From the IMG/VR virus record IMGVR_UViG_3300021425_002093, positions 64,001-128,000 of that record: a stretch of DNA of 64,000 bases; one strand, 5' to 3'. The notes beneath the pieces are model-generated. The model was not told where the DNA came from. It saw only the letters and a program-made list of their open reading frames with translations, and did not search any database. How positions within the stretch are numbered: the first letter of the stretch is position 1; each line of letters begins with the position of its first letter. The position numbers and the translations under genes are program-made. Shown piece by piece: positions 7,676 to 16,708 of this stretch. The DNA comes from a virus.

Positions 7676-8369
7676 TAGCTCCGACAAATAAATGATTCTG
7701 CCAGAACGGTTGAATTTTGTCAAACCCAAATCCCGCCGTAGCGAGAGCAGATTGTATTTCTTTCCATGTCATTGGCTTCAACATATTTCGAAGAGTTTGT
7801 TCTTTGTCCAAAATGTCTTTGTCTGAGAAGTTTTCCCGCTTGTAATCGTAATATGTAAACGTCATCATTTCTTGTAGTCTTGGATCTTGAGCAACCGTTT
7901 TCTCAGCAAAGATAAACGCACCATTCTTGTTCAGTGAATTGTAAATCTTCTTGAGTACATCACGACGAGATGTGGGGGGCATGAATTGTAGGGTGAAGAT
8001 CGAAGTGATTAGATTTGCATTCACAAAATCATAGTTGCGAATGTCGCCAATATGAAACTCAACCTTTCCTTCGACACCACCAAACTCTTCACGCATTTGC
8101 TTTTCACGTTCGTCGAGAGCAGGAATAAATCCATCAGCATACTCAATTCCCACGTATGTTGCGTTGGGAGCAAATTCGTTGTTTTGTCTCATCATCGCAT
8201 GAATAGTCTTGCCTGTTGAACAACCAAGATCAATTACGTTTGTATCGTCTTCAACAAAGTATCTACTAAGATTCACTATATCATCATGTAAAACACTATA
8301 GCCACGAATAGATTTGTCGATATGATCATCGAATCCTTCGTCTCTATGTGCAAAGGTAAAATCAGGCAT
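7662..8369 (-). CDS. cmoA: CmoA-like carboxy-S-adenosylmethionine synthase (class I SAM fold)
   Basis: FDDHIDKSIRGY, VIDLGCSTG, FTLQF, GAFIFAEK, YDYKRENFS..I..K: the CmoA family motif order. Confidence 0.8.
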   Translation of the reverse strand: MPDFTFAHRDEGFDDHIDKSIRGYSVLHDDIVNLSRYFVEDDTNVIDLGCSTGKTIHAMMRQNNEFAPNATYVGIEYADGFIPALDEREKQMREEFGGVEGKVEFHIGDIRNYDFVNANLITSIFTLQFMPPTSRRDVLKKIYNSLNKNGAFIFAEKTVAQDPRLQEMMTFTYYDYKRENFSDKDILDKEQTLRNMLKPMTWKEIQSALATAGFGFDKIQPFWQNHLFVGAIAIK

Positions 8370-8904
8370 TGTTCACTCTCCTCAGTTCATCATCTGTCCA
8401 GTTACCAAACTTCTTTGCTACTCGTAAGGGTATCTCTATAAACTTATCGTCTATCCATTCATTATTGAGATAAACTTTCTTTCGCTTCATTGTCCACATA
8501 TACTTTCTTTGCATTTCATCTGTACTCACGAGCGCTTTATCACCTTGCTTGTTAAGTGTACAACCTATGTAGGGTAGTCCCTCTTCTTTCCAGTACTTAA
8601 TCTTTCTTGCGAGTGCGTGACACCATCGATAGTTCTCAGGCCAGTCGGGATCCCACTTGATATAGTAATCGACTTCTATCAGACCGATCAACTCACCATT
8701 TTGCTTCACGCCGAGATCTACTTTGTAATCGCCAAGCGGGTCTTTGCATATCTTAGTGTTTGCTTCATCCGTGATATTAAACTGCGCTTTTATGTACTCT
8801 CGAAATTCATTATCTGTGTGAATCAGATTTACTAATGCGTCTCTCTGATAAGAATCATCATAGCAGTTTTCGCCATTATGCTCTCGTATTCGTTGACTAA
8901 GCAT
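8362..8904 (-). CDS. Hypothetical protein, possible PD-(D/E)XK-type nuclease
   Basis: DYKVDLGV....LIGLIEVD...W...W...RK.KY. Overlaps both the MTase and cmoA genes. Confidence 0.5.
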   Translation of the reverse strand: MLSQRIREHNGENCYDDSYQRDALVNLIHTDNEFREYIKAQFNITDEANTKICKDPLGDYKVDLGVKQNGELIGLIEVDYYIKWDPDWPENYRWCHALARKIKYWKEEGLPYIGCTLNKQGDKALVSTDEMQRKYMWTMKRKKVYLNNEWIDDKFIEIPLRVAKKFGNWTDDELRRVNNA

Positions 8905-10114
8905 TGTAAGGCTTTATCACATTTTCATAGACGGACTTTGCAAGTTCAGCCATCATCTTAGGAGCAACCATTCGACCAATTCGCTCCGCTTTCTGATTGA
9001 AGGTTCCCGTCAGTTGATAGTCCTCGGGCAATCCCATCAATCTCTTGAGTTCTGGTATCGTAAACTTACGATTATAATCATAGTGAAACACTCCGGAAGT
9101 AGTCATCTGTTGACCTAACTGAGTTAGTGTTGGACAAGGATGATAGGGAGAAGGCCGTTTCATATTAAAACACGATCCTGTTGGATTCCAATCAGCGAAC
9201 TCAGGCTGACTTGGGTTCAGTGTCTTATGTGGTCGAAATGGTAAGTTCTCGATAAACTTTTTCTGATAGGTTCTTTGTACGTAGTCGAGCAACATTTGGA
9301 TCTCTTCTGGATCATTTTCAATACCAGATAGTGCGCTTTCCATAGGAATCTTATCAGAGGTTCTCTCTGGAAACACTCGATTCATCGTTAGCACATTCAT
9401 ATCAATTGAATCAAATACATCTTGTCGAATACAAACAAAGATGGTGCGCTCACGATTCTGTGCTGTGCCATAATCAGCCGCATTCATCACTTGATACGTA
9501 ACCTCGTATCCAATTTCTTCAAATGCATTGATAAACTCAACAAGCTTACCTTTTGCTTCGCCCATAGTGATTCCCTTAACGTTCTCAGCGATGATCACTT
9601 TTGGCTGAATATCTTTTGCAATCCGAACAAACTCTAAAAACAGATCTTCAATACCTTCTTGAACCTTGTTGTCTGAGTATTTCTTTACTCCATCCTGTAC
9701 GACTATCTCACCTTCGTGAACAATATCTCCATTCTCATCGAAGTAAGACTTGCGTGTGTCTTTTACGTAACCAGCCCAGCCTTTCTCACGCTTACCCGAA
9801 ACAGAAAACGCAGAACAAGGAGGCGATCCATCTAGGATATCAAGCTCACCCTTTTTAATATTTGCAAGAGAAAGAAAATCTTCTCCAGTATACTTCTTAA
9901 TATCATCAACTAGGATTTTCGTGTCAGTATAGTTTTGCTTGTATGACGCAATCGCTTCTTCAACAAACTCGTTGATTAAAAGAACTTTTCCACCAGCGAG
10001 ACGATATCCAGTGCTACTCCCACCGCCGCCAGCAAAACAACTAATGACACTAAATCTATTTTCGTTAGACGCATTGATTACATCCTCGACTGTATATGGC
10101 TTGTATTCATTCAT
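8897..10114 (-). CDS. C5 cytosine DNA methyltransferase homolog, probable carboxymethyltransferase
   Basis: Motif I FAGGGG, IV GSPPCSAFS, VI ENV, VIII QNRERTIF, IX R.FT..E..RLMGLP; motif X reads ERIGRMVAP instead of G-N-x-V. Confidence 0.9.
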   Translation of the reverse strand: MNEYKPYTVEDVINASNENRFSVISCFAGGGGSSTGYRLAGGKVLLINEFVEEAIASYKQNYTDTKILVDDIKKYTGEDFLSLANIKKGELDILDGSPPCSAFSVSGKREKGWAGYVKDTRKSYFDENGDIVHEGEIVVQDGVKKYSDNKVQEGIEDLFLEFVRIAKDIQPKVIIAENVKGITMGEAKGKLVEFINAFEEIGYEVTYQVMNAADYGTAQNRERTIFVCIRQDVFDSIDMNVLTMNRVFPERTSDKIPMESALSGIENDPEEIQMLLDYVQRTYQKKFIENLPFRPHKTLNPSQPEFADWNPTGSCFNMKRPSPYHPCPTLTQLGQQMTTSGVFHYDYNRKFTIPELKRLMGLPEDYQLTGTFNQKAERIGRMVAPKMMAELAKSVYENVIKPYNA

Positions 10115-11820
10115 GCTACTAACCTACTAAAGTTCTTGACCTTCTCAAAGCGAAGGGTGTTTTCAAATTTTTCATAAAGTTGTTCACTCTTGTGGCTAAT
10201 TATAAACACATTAGAGTCTGCTGTCAACTCATTAATGATCTTTAGGAATTCATCTGTTCCAGAGCTATCCAGCGATGAATCCATGATCTCATCCATAACT
10301 AGTAGATTCGTACTTACTGAGTTTCTCAATTTAGACACCGCTCTCCAAGTAAACATCAAAGACAGATCAATTCTAAGTTTTTCACCCTCAGAAAAAGAAG
10401 CGTAAGAAAACTCGTCACGGAATCGACTCTTAATTGTTTCGTTAAAGCTTTCATCAAGTTCAAACTGAACAAAAAAGTCCATCGCAGCAAGGTACTTATT
10501 TATCAGTTTGTTCATGATTGGAACATACTGCTTGATAATCCTTGTCTTAATGCCACCATCCTTGAGCATTGTACTAACGATTGCCAAGACTTCTCTCTTG
10601 TCCATTAGCTCCTGTTGTTCTGCAATCTTTTCATTGAGTTCGTCCTGCATGGCTTCGATAGTCGTAGTGTCAATTTCTTCAGCCTCTTTTTCTGCTGACT
10701 CCAAATCATTTTTTATTCCTTTTAGCGAGTTCATTGCAAATTTTTGATTCGCAACATGTTCTCTCATTAACAAATGCTTTTTATTAATATCATCTTCAAT
10801 ATCTGATATCTCATCGATACGCTTGTTGAGTTCGTCTAACTTTTCTTGTAAAGAATCTAAGCCATTTTCGAGTTCAATACGCTTCTTATTTTGCACACCG
10901 ACATGACTTTCTTTAAAGTCTGAATCAATGTCTTGCTGACAAGTAGGACATTCATCATGATTCTCATAGAAAGAGATATCTTTCACCAACGTCCGTAACT
11001 TGTTTTTTAGATCTTGATCAATGTTTTGAGCATTCTTTAGCTTTTTCTTAATGCTATCCTTGTCAGATATTGATCCTAGAAGTGACTGTATCTCAACATC
11101 GATTGTATCGGCTAGTTCCCGCTGTTCCTCAACCTGCGACACTTGTTCTTTGATCTTTTCCTTTAGATCGTCAATTTTATTTTCATGCAACTTGCGAATA
11201 GACTCGTTGTGATCTTTTGCGGAGTCAATCTTGTTCTCTACAAGTGAAATCTGATACTTGTTTTCATCAATACCACTCTTGTTTGTAGAAACATGTTCTT
11301 TGAGTAACGTGTTCATCGTAGTGAAGATTTGAATATCAAGAAGATCCTCAATGACCTCACGTCGATCTTTTGCACTTAGTTGCATGAAAGGAATAAACGT
11401 AGAAGATCCAAGTACAACGACCTGTCCAAAAGACTTGTAACTGAGCTTCAGAATCGTATCTTCAAGATACGCTTGATAATCTCTGGCTGCAGCGTCTTGA
11501 TTAAGTAGCTTTCCATCACAGTAAATTTCAAAGATCGCTGGCTTGATACCACGACGAACAAGATATGTTTTACCCTTGTTAGTAAATTCAATCTCGGTCT
11601 CAAGTCCCTTTTTGTTGATGCTGTTCATCAACTGAGGCTTGTTGATCTTTCTAAAGGGTTTGCCATAAAGAGCAAAGCAGATGGCGTCTAGCATTGTAGA
11701 CTTACCCGCTCCGTTCTCACCCACAACAAGAGTAGATTTATTCTTGTTGAGTTGGACTTCCGTCCATACATTCCCTGTAGATAGAAAATTCTTCCATCTA
11801 ACGGTTTTGAATACTATCAT
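10111..11820 (-). CDS. gp46: Recombination endonuclease ATPase subunit (Rad50/SbcC-like)
   Basis: GENGAGKST, CPTC zinc hook, FSEGEK signature, MDE Walker B, ISH. Confidence 0.97.
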   Translation of the reverse strand: MIVFKTVRWKNFLSTGNVWTEVQLNKNKSTLVVGENGAGKSTMLDAICFALYGKPFRKINKPQLMNSINKKGLETEIEFTNKGKTYLVRRGIKPAIFEIYCDGKLLNQDAAARDYQAYLEDTILKLSYKSFGQVVVLGSSTFIPFMQLSAKDRREVIEDLLDIQIFTTMNTLLKEHVSTNKSGIDENKYQISLVENKIDSAKDHNESIRKLHENKIDDLKEKIKEQVSQVEEQRELADTIDVEIQSLLGSISDKDSIKKKLKNAQNIDQDLKNKLRTLVKDISFYENHDECPTCQQDIDSDFKESHVGVQNKKRIELENGLDSLQEKLDELNKRIDEISDIEDDINKKHLLMREHVANQKFAMNSLKGIKNDLESAEKEAEEIDTTTIEAMQDELNEKIAEQQELMDKREVLAIVSTMLKDGGIKTRIIKQYVPIMNKLINKYLAAMDFFVQFELDESFNETIKSRFRDEFSYASFSEGEKLRIDLSLMFTWRAVSKLRNSVSTNLLVMDEIMDSSLDSSGTDEFLKIINELTADSNVFIISHKSEQLYEKFENTLRFEKVKNFSRLVA

Positions 11821-12047
11821 CTAATAATCTCAATGTCAGCTTCAGTCTCAATAACAACACGAGCACCACACGAAAGAATAGGCTTGTCGCTTCCTCCGTA
11901 TCGCACTACCGATTCACCATGAATTTTGACTTCATGACAATATGTGTTACTTCGGCCTTCTTTGATTGTGATCACAGGCTCATCAGTTCCATGCTTTTTG
12001 TTTGCACGAATTTTATGCTGATTTACATGAATATACTTTTTACTCAT
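11817..12047 (-). CDS. Small conserved hypothetical protein
   Basis: IHVNQHKIRAN...PVITIK...LSCGARV.IET; overlaps gp47 and gp46. Confidence 0.75.
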   Translation of the reverse strand: MSKKYIHVNQHKIRANKKHGTDEPVITIKEGRSNTYCHEVKIHGESVVRYGGSDKPILSCGARVVIETEADIEIIR

Positions 12048-13114
12048 TCGATGCTTATCGCCTCATGATACAATTCACCCAAAAGCTTTTCGATTTTTTC
12101 TTTCTTGCCGTTCACATCAATATTGTCAATATAGTTCTTCAAGATAGTTAACGTATCTTGAGCCTCATCAACAAGTTCGTCTTCATCGATGCCGTCCAAG
12201 TTCTTGTGATCTTCAACTACTTTAATATCAGCAGGCCCTACTTCTTGAATCTTATCCAAATACATGTCGAAAAAGTATGGATTGCTCTTAGTCTGTACTA
12301 TAACTTTTATATACGTGTTTGTCAAGTCATTAAAGTCGAGAGCCGCAACATCTTCCATCGTCATGTCTGTATCGTCATAGAATAGCTTATGAAACATCTT
12401 GAGAGGATTCTTGACGTAGCTCATCTCACGGGTGTCTGTATCAAAAACACTAAACCCACGGACTTGATCGTAGTCTGACCAGGTCATCTCATATTGAGCA
12501 CCCAGATACGTAATGTTTCCATGAGAAGACGGATGATGAAAGTGACCAGAATAAACGGAGTCAAACTTTCTAAAGATATCTTTATTGAGGCCATGCTCGC
12601 ACAACATACCTCTCATCATTTCATAGCCAGCGATTTCAAAGTGTCCCATAACAACTTGAGCAGACGTGTCTTCAAGTGCTTTCATTGTAGACTCTTCATT
12701 ATCTGCACAAATCCACGGAGAGAGCAGAATTTTACATCCGTCTAAATCTACCTCCACAGGATCTTGCCAATATAGATGAATGTTATCATACGCTGTGTTT
12801 TGATATAGCTGTCGAATGCTATTGACTTCGTTCGTATTTTTATAGAACGTATCATGATTTCCAGCAATCATATACAGTTCGATATCGTTCTCCGCACAAG
12901 GACGAATGAAATGCTTTTCAAAATTTGCGGCTGTAACAAAGTTCACATACTTACGTCGATCAAAGACATCTCCCAAGTGAAAAATAGTCTTGATATTGTT
13001 TTCGATTAGATAAGGAAAGAACACCTCATCATAGAATCGATGAAAGTAATCGGCAAAGGCTTTAGAGTCATTACGAGCACCCCAATGTGTGTCATTTAGA
13101 ATGGCAATCTGCAT
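12044..13114 (-). CDS. gp47: Recombination endonuclease nuclease subunit (Mre11/SbcD-like)
   Basis: DTHWG, LGDVFD, GNHD, GHF, SGHFH metallophosphoesterase motifs. Confidence 0.97.
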   Translation of the reverse strand: MQIAILNDTHWGARNDSKAFADYFHRFYDEVFFPYLIENNIKTIFHLGDVFDRRKYVNFVTAANFEKHFIRPCAENDIELYMIAGNHDTFYKNTNEVNSIRQLYQNTAYDNIHLYWQDPVEVDLDGCKILLSPWICADNEESTMKALEDTSAQVVMGHFEIAGYEMMRGMLCEHGLNKDIFRKFDSVYSGHFHHPSSHGNITYLGAQYEMTWSDYDQVRGFSVFDTDTREMSYVKNPLKMFHKLFYDDTDMTMEDVAALDFNDLTNTYIKVIVQTKSNPYFFDMYLDKIQEVGPADIKVVEDHKNLDGIDEDELVDEAQDTLTILKNYIDNIDVNGKKEKIEKLLGELYHEAISIE

Positions 13115-13122
13115 AGAAACTC

Positions 13123-13668
13123 CTATCCTATGAATTCACTTAAGTCTACACTCTTCTTATTCTTGGCTTGTGCTTTTTTCTTTTCATCAATTTTCTTTTC
13201 GTATGTTTTTACGAAATCGTTCATGTAGTCGTTCGCAAACTCAGTATTCGTCATGTCAAATGTATCATCAGATCCATCTGAATCGACTACACTGTCGGTC
13301 ATGATTGAATGCTCAATGACTTTGTGTTTGATATAGAGTTGCTTCTTTTCCTTTTCAATTCGTCGAAGGAATGCGAACCAGATAATTTGCGTAAAGTATG
13401 CAAAGGGATTCTTCGATTTGTTTGGATCAAAGTTGTCGAGCGCTTGTACTGCGTTTTCAAGGCCGTCAGAGATCATCTCATCTTTATACGAGTAGCCAGC
13501 AAAATTAGGCTTGCTTGATAGTCTTCTTGAGATCTGTAAAATACAATCTCCGATATAATTAGGAATCTGAGGCTTGTTTTTTCCTTCGCTTTCTGCTTTT
13601 CTACAAACCTCTTTATACGAGATTATCGCTTCAAGGAACTCAGCGTTATTTACATAATTTTTAGACAT
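13123..13668 (-). CDS. gp55: Late-transcription sigma factor
   Basis: NYVNNAEF, PNYIG, PNF.GY.YKDEMISDG.EN, NPFAYFTQI...AFLRRI.KEKKQ. Confidence 0.97.
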   Translation of the reverse strand: MSKNYVNNAEFLEAIISYKEVCRKAESEGKNKPQIPNYIGDCILQISRRLSSKPNFAGYSYKDEMISDGLENAVQALDNFDPNKSKNPFAYFTQIIWFAFLRRIEKEKKQLYIKHKVIEHSIMTDSVVDSDGSDDTFDMTNTEFANDYMNDFVKTYEKKIDEKKKAQAKNKKSVDLSEFIG

Positions 13669-13692
13669 GTTATACCTCTGACATTTTTACAC

Positions 13693-13721
13693 AGTATACG
13701 GGAAAAATAGTGTTGAGTCAA
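13693..13721 (-). promoter_or_regulatory. Sigma70-type promoter for the gp55-47-46-MTase operon
   Basis: TTGACT-N17-TATACT. Confidence 0.8.
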
Positions 13722-13744
13722 TAGCAAAAAGTTTTAATTTTCTA

Positions 13745-13773
13745 TTGACAGATGCTTATATGTTCAGTATAAT
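13745..13773 (+). promoter_or_regulatory. Perfect-consensus sigma70 promoter, antisense to the minus-strand genes
   Basis: TTGACA-gatgcttatatgttcag(17 nt)-TATAAT with an AT-rich upstream tract; no plus-strand gene downstream. Confidence 0.75.
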
Positions 13774-13795
13774 CCTGTTAACGCAGGAAAAAATA

Positions 13796-14173
13796 TTAAT
13801 GTTTTATAGAGTTCTTTGACTCTACCAAGGTGTCGAAGAGTTCACGAATATCATCCATATCCATATCATCGAGACGCTCATGCTTTTTTGCAGACTCATG
13901 GTCTTCTCTCATTAGAACAATTCTATCGTAGAATTCAATTGCATCTTCATTGGCTTCGTTGATATACATCATATCATTGACGGACAACCAAACTTCGTTT
14001 GTCTCTGAGAAATAAAGCCACTCTCGTGCAGAGATACCGTTCCCTGTAGGAATTACTTGAACAGGCTTGCTGAGCAAAAGACATGCTGGTCCTTCTTCGT
14101 CTGCAATCTTTTGATTGATAATGTCTGCAACGAGTTCTTCTCCAGACCGAAGCTTGATGTGCATTAAATTCAT
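13796..14173 (-). CDS. Hypothetical protein, Sm-like fold, typical neighbour of uvsW and gp55
   Basis: IKLRSGEELVA...L.KPVQV...W; position between uvsW and gp55. Confidence 0.75.
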   Translation of the reverse strand: MNLMHIKLRSGEELVADIINQKIADEEGPACLLLSKPVQVIPTGNGISAREWLYFSETNEVWLSVNDMMYINEANEDAIEFYDRIVLMREDHESAKKHERLDDMDMDDIRELFDTLVESKNSIKH

Positions 14174-14175
14174 GA

Positions 14176-15636
14176 CTACTCCTTTATATCAATATCGTAA
14201 ATCTTGTATTGAAAACTTTCATCGTTGTAAATTTTGACTCTTTCAGCAAAGTGTCTAAATGCAAAGTTCACATGACTTTTATATCTAAGATCATCGACAA
14301 TATCATAAAGAGTTGCTTTTGTTTTGCCGTTTCCTTTTCTCAGACCTCTTCCAATAGATTGTAGATTTCTGATTTTTGACTTGGACGGTGATGCAAATAT
14401 AACATTATCTAGCTTCTTAATATTTATACCGGTAGAAAATGTACCATACGAAGCCAAGATAATGTTGTTATCTGTTTCTTCTGTTATCCTTCGTACTTCT
14501 TCCCGTTCTTCTGTATTCACTCCGCCATGAACAAAGTGAACGCTATGCTCTTCGCTATCGAGCATCTTGTGTAAAATCTTTCCATGCTTTTCAACAAACT
14601 GAAAAAGAATCAGCGTGTTGCCCTTTATAGAGTGTGCTAGATTTCGAATGTATTTATTTCTTGCGTCATTTGTTACGATCCAATCTATTTCATCTTGATA
14701 TGATCTACCTTTATTAAGATCACACGTTTCAAGAGGATACTTTAAAACAAGTCCAACAATTTTTAGATTCGCTAGCGTGTTGTCATCCATTAGCTTCTTA
14801 GTAGTAGTGACTTCGTATACGGGGCCAAACACTCCTTCTAGCACAAGTTTGTGCGTTTGAGTTCCGTCGAGAGTTCCAGTAAACCCATAGCGGTATTTAC
14901 AGTTGGGCATCTTCTCAAGAATCTTGGTCAAAGACTTGGCCTTAAACAAATGCGCTTCGTCACCAATCACCATGTCAAACTTATCAAACCAAGACTTGTC
15001 TAGTTTGTAAATTGACTGCCAAGTTGATATTACGACTTTTGCGTCTACGTTTTTGTCAGCACCACCACGAATTTTGTGGATGTCTAGCTTTTCTCCATTG
15101 TTATACTCAATAAAGTCTGATGCCATTTGATCGACTAACGATGTTGTGGGAACAATAATCAGAGTTCTAAGATCATCAGCCATACGAATGCGTGTCAGCA
15201 AGTAGATAATGAAAGACTTACCGGACGCTGTAGGAGAGAGTAAAAGCGCTCTATTTTTCTTGAGCGCATGTACAACAGCATCATTCTGATAGTCTCTAGG
15301 AATAAACGTTGATTTGAAGTATTCCGCAATATTGTATGCTTCTTCTGGATCTACGTTCACCTCGGGATAAAGTGCTTCGTCAATGATACAATCGTAAGAT
15401 CTGTTCATGCAAAACTTTGCTATGTATGCAACAAGACCACCATAGATGATTCCCGTCATTGTATTCAAGAGTCTAATCTTTCCGTCCCAAACCCTAGACT
15501 TATATGCGGGCATAAATTTGTAGCCGGGAACAAAAAAGGTAAAGTACTCAGACATCTCCATCTTGACGCCTGGTTCAGCGACTACACGGACATATACGTC
15601 ATCTACTTTTTCGACTCTGACAGTTTCTTTTATCAA
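14176..15636 (-). CDS. uvsW: SF2 DNA helicase UvsW
   Basis: PRDYQ, SPTASGKS, GDEAH, GFTGT, STGINI, LQSIGRGLR. Confidence 0.97.
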   Translation of the reverse strand: MIKETVRVEKVDDVYVRVVAEPGVKMEMSEYFTFFVPGYKFMPAYKSRVWDGKIRLLNTMTGIIYGGLVAYIAKFCMNRSYDCIIDEALYPEVNVDPEEAYNIAEYFKSTFIPRDYQNDAVVHALKKNRALLLSPTASGKSFIIYLLTRIRMADDLRTLIIVPTTSLVDQMASDFIEYNNGEKLDIHKIRGGADKNVDAKVVISTWQSIYKLDKSWFDKFDMVIGDEAHLFKAKSLTKILEKMPNCKYRYGFTGTLDGTQTHKLVLEGVFGPVYEVTTTKKLMDDNTLANLKIVGLVLKYPLETCDLNKGRSYQDEIDWIVTNDARNKYIRNLAHSIKGNTLILFQFVEKHGKILHKMLDSEEHSVHFVHGGVNTEEREEVRRITEETDNNIILASYGTFSTGINIKKLDNVIFASPSKSKIRNLQSIGRGLRKGNGKTKATLYDIVDDLRYKSHVNFAFRHFAERVKIYNDESFQYKIYDIDIKE

Positions 15637-16070
15637 TTCATTCCACTCTTAAATCTTTCGTAATCAAGAATCGTCTTTAGCTGATAGCCACGATTATTGA
15701 TCATTTTTATTATGGACTCTAGATATTCAATCTTCTGATCTTGTCTTCCAATCTTCAAAGAATGCTCGATTATTTCGGAATCTGAATCCAGATATGTCGG
15801 AATATCTTGACGAAGAATTTTCAATGGCTGAGGGTCCCAACCGTACTCGTTTAATTCTTCGGAACTCAGTTCACCCTTGTAGTACTCTGTTTTGAGTTTG
15901 AGCAACTGCTTATGATCGGCTTTAAGCTTCTTGAGAATGTATCCTTCTCCCATATAAATCTTGAAGTACTTATTATGTAGCTTGGGAATTGATGCGCTTT
16001 CATATGCAATGTTAGTCATATCAATTTCGCAGTCGCCTTCCCATTCACGAACAATATCTTCAATCTTCAT
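15633..16070 (-). CDS. uvsY: Recombination mediator UvsY
   Basis: W..D..ID......S..IP.LH.KY...EYY.G...I.NRGYQ.K; adjacent to uvsW. Confidence 0.9.
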   Translation of the reverse strand: MKIEDIVREWEGDCEIDMTNIAYESASIPKLHNKYFKIYMGEGYILKKLKADHKQLLKLKTEYYKGELSSEELNEYGWDPQPLKILRQDIPTYLDSDSEIIEHSLKIGRQDQKIEYLESIIKMINNRGYQLKTILDYERFKSGMN

Positions 16071-16123
16071 TCACTTCTCCATACCTAATAACTTAAATAG
16101 TATCAATTATAACACAAAAAAGT

Positions 16124-16609
16124 TTACACTACAATATTATATGAATCATACCTAAACGAAACGTCAAATGTGGGCGGAGTTACATCTGCGTTTCTCGTAT
16201 CCATCTGTATACCGCTTATTGATACCGGAAACACGTTAATAAAGTTGATTGTGATGTTAGCATTCTTTGTGCTATCAAGTATTACTAGAGACATGTCGGA
16301 AAGGGTCGACTGCGGAGACTGCTGTAGATCATCGTACTGCTTATACTCTTTGGGGAATGTCAGCGATATAAGCCAATCTGAAACTTCTCGGAATGCTTTG
16401 AGATCTTCATCTGCTATCACACTCACAACGAGATCATCGTATTCAAGCTTTACACTTGGAAAGGGGAGCGTCTTAAACGGAGTTCCTGTGGCCGCAGGAC
16501 TCGTGTTGAAGCCAGGTAGATTTACTGACTGCACATAAAAACGAGTCTCGGGTAATCTATCAATTACAAGTCTAAACTCAATTGGTGATAGAAAATTAGA
16601 AGTAGCCAT
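16124..16609 (-). CDS. gp3: Tail completion / tube terminator protein (gp3-like, tube fold)
   Basis: NFLSP..FRL...P...YVQSVNLPG...YDDL.V....DED....E...W...FP..I...F.V.F.Y; lies between gp23 and uvsY. Confidence 0.8.
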   Translation of the reverse strand: MATSNFLSPIEFRLVIDRLPETRFYVQSVNLPGFNTSPAATGTPFKTLPFPSVKLEYDDLVVSVIADEDLKAFREVSDWLISLTFPKEYKQYDDLQQSPQSTLSDMSLVILDSTKNANITINFINVFPVSISGIQMDTRNADVTPPTFDVSFRYDSYNIVV

Positions 16610-16641
16610 ATTTCTAAAGTCTCAAGTGTTGTTGTATCTAC

Positions 16642-16649
16642 TATTTATA
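16642..16649 (-). promoter_or_regulatory. T4-type late promoter
   Basis: TATAAATA upstream of the gp3-like gene. Confidence 0.8.
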
Positions 16650-16651
16650 AG

Positions 16652-16679
16652 CAAAAAAAAGGGAGGCCGGAGCCTCCCT
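16652..16679 (-). terminator. Rho-independent terminator after gp23
   Basis: GGGAGGC-uccg-GCCUCCC-UUUUUUUU. Confidence 0.9.
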
Positions 16680-16708
16680 CAAAGTGTCCGTTAAGACGGA
16701 TCTTTTTA

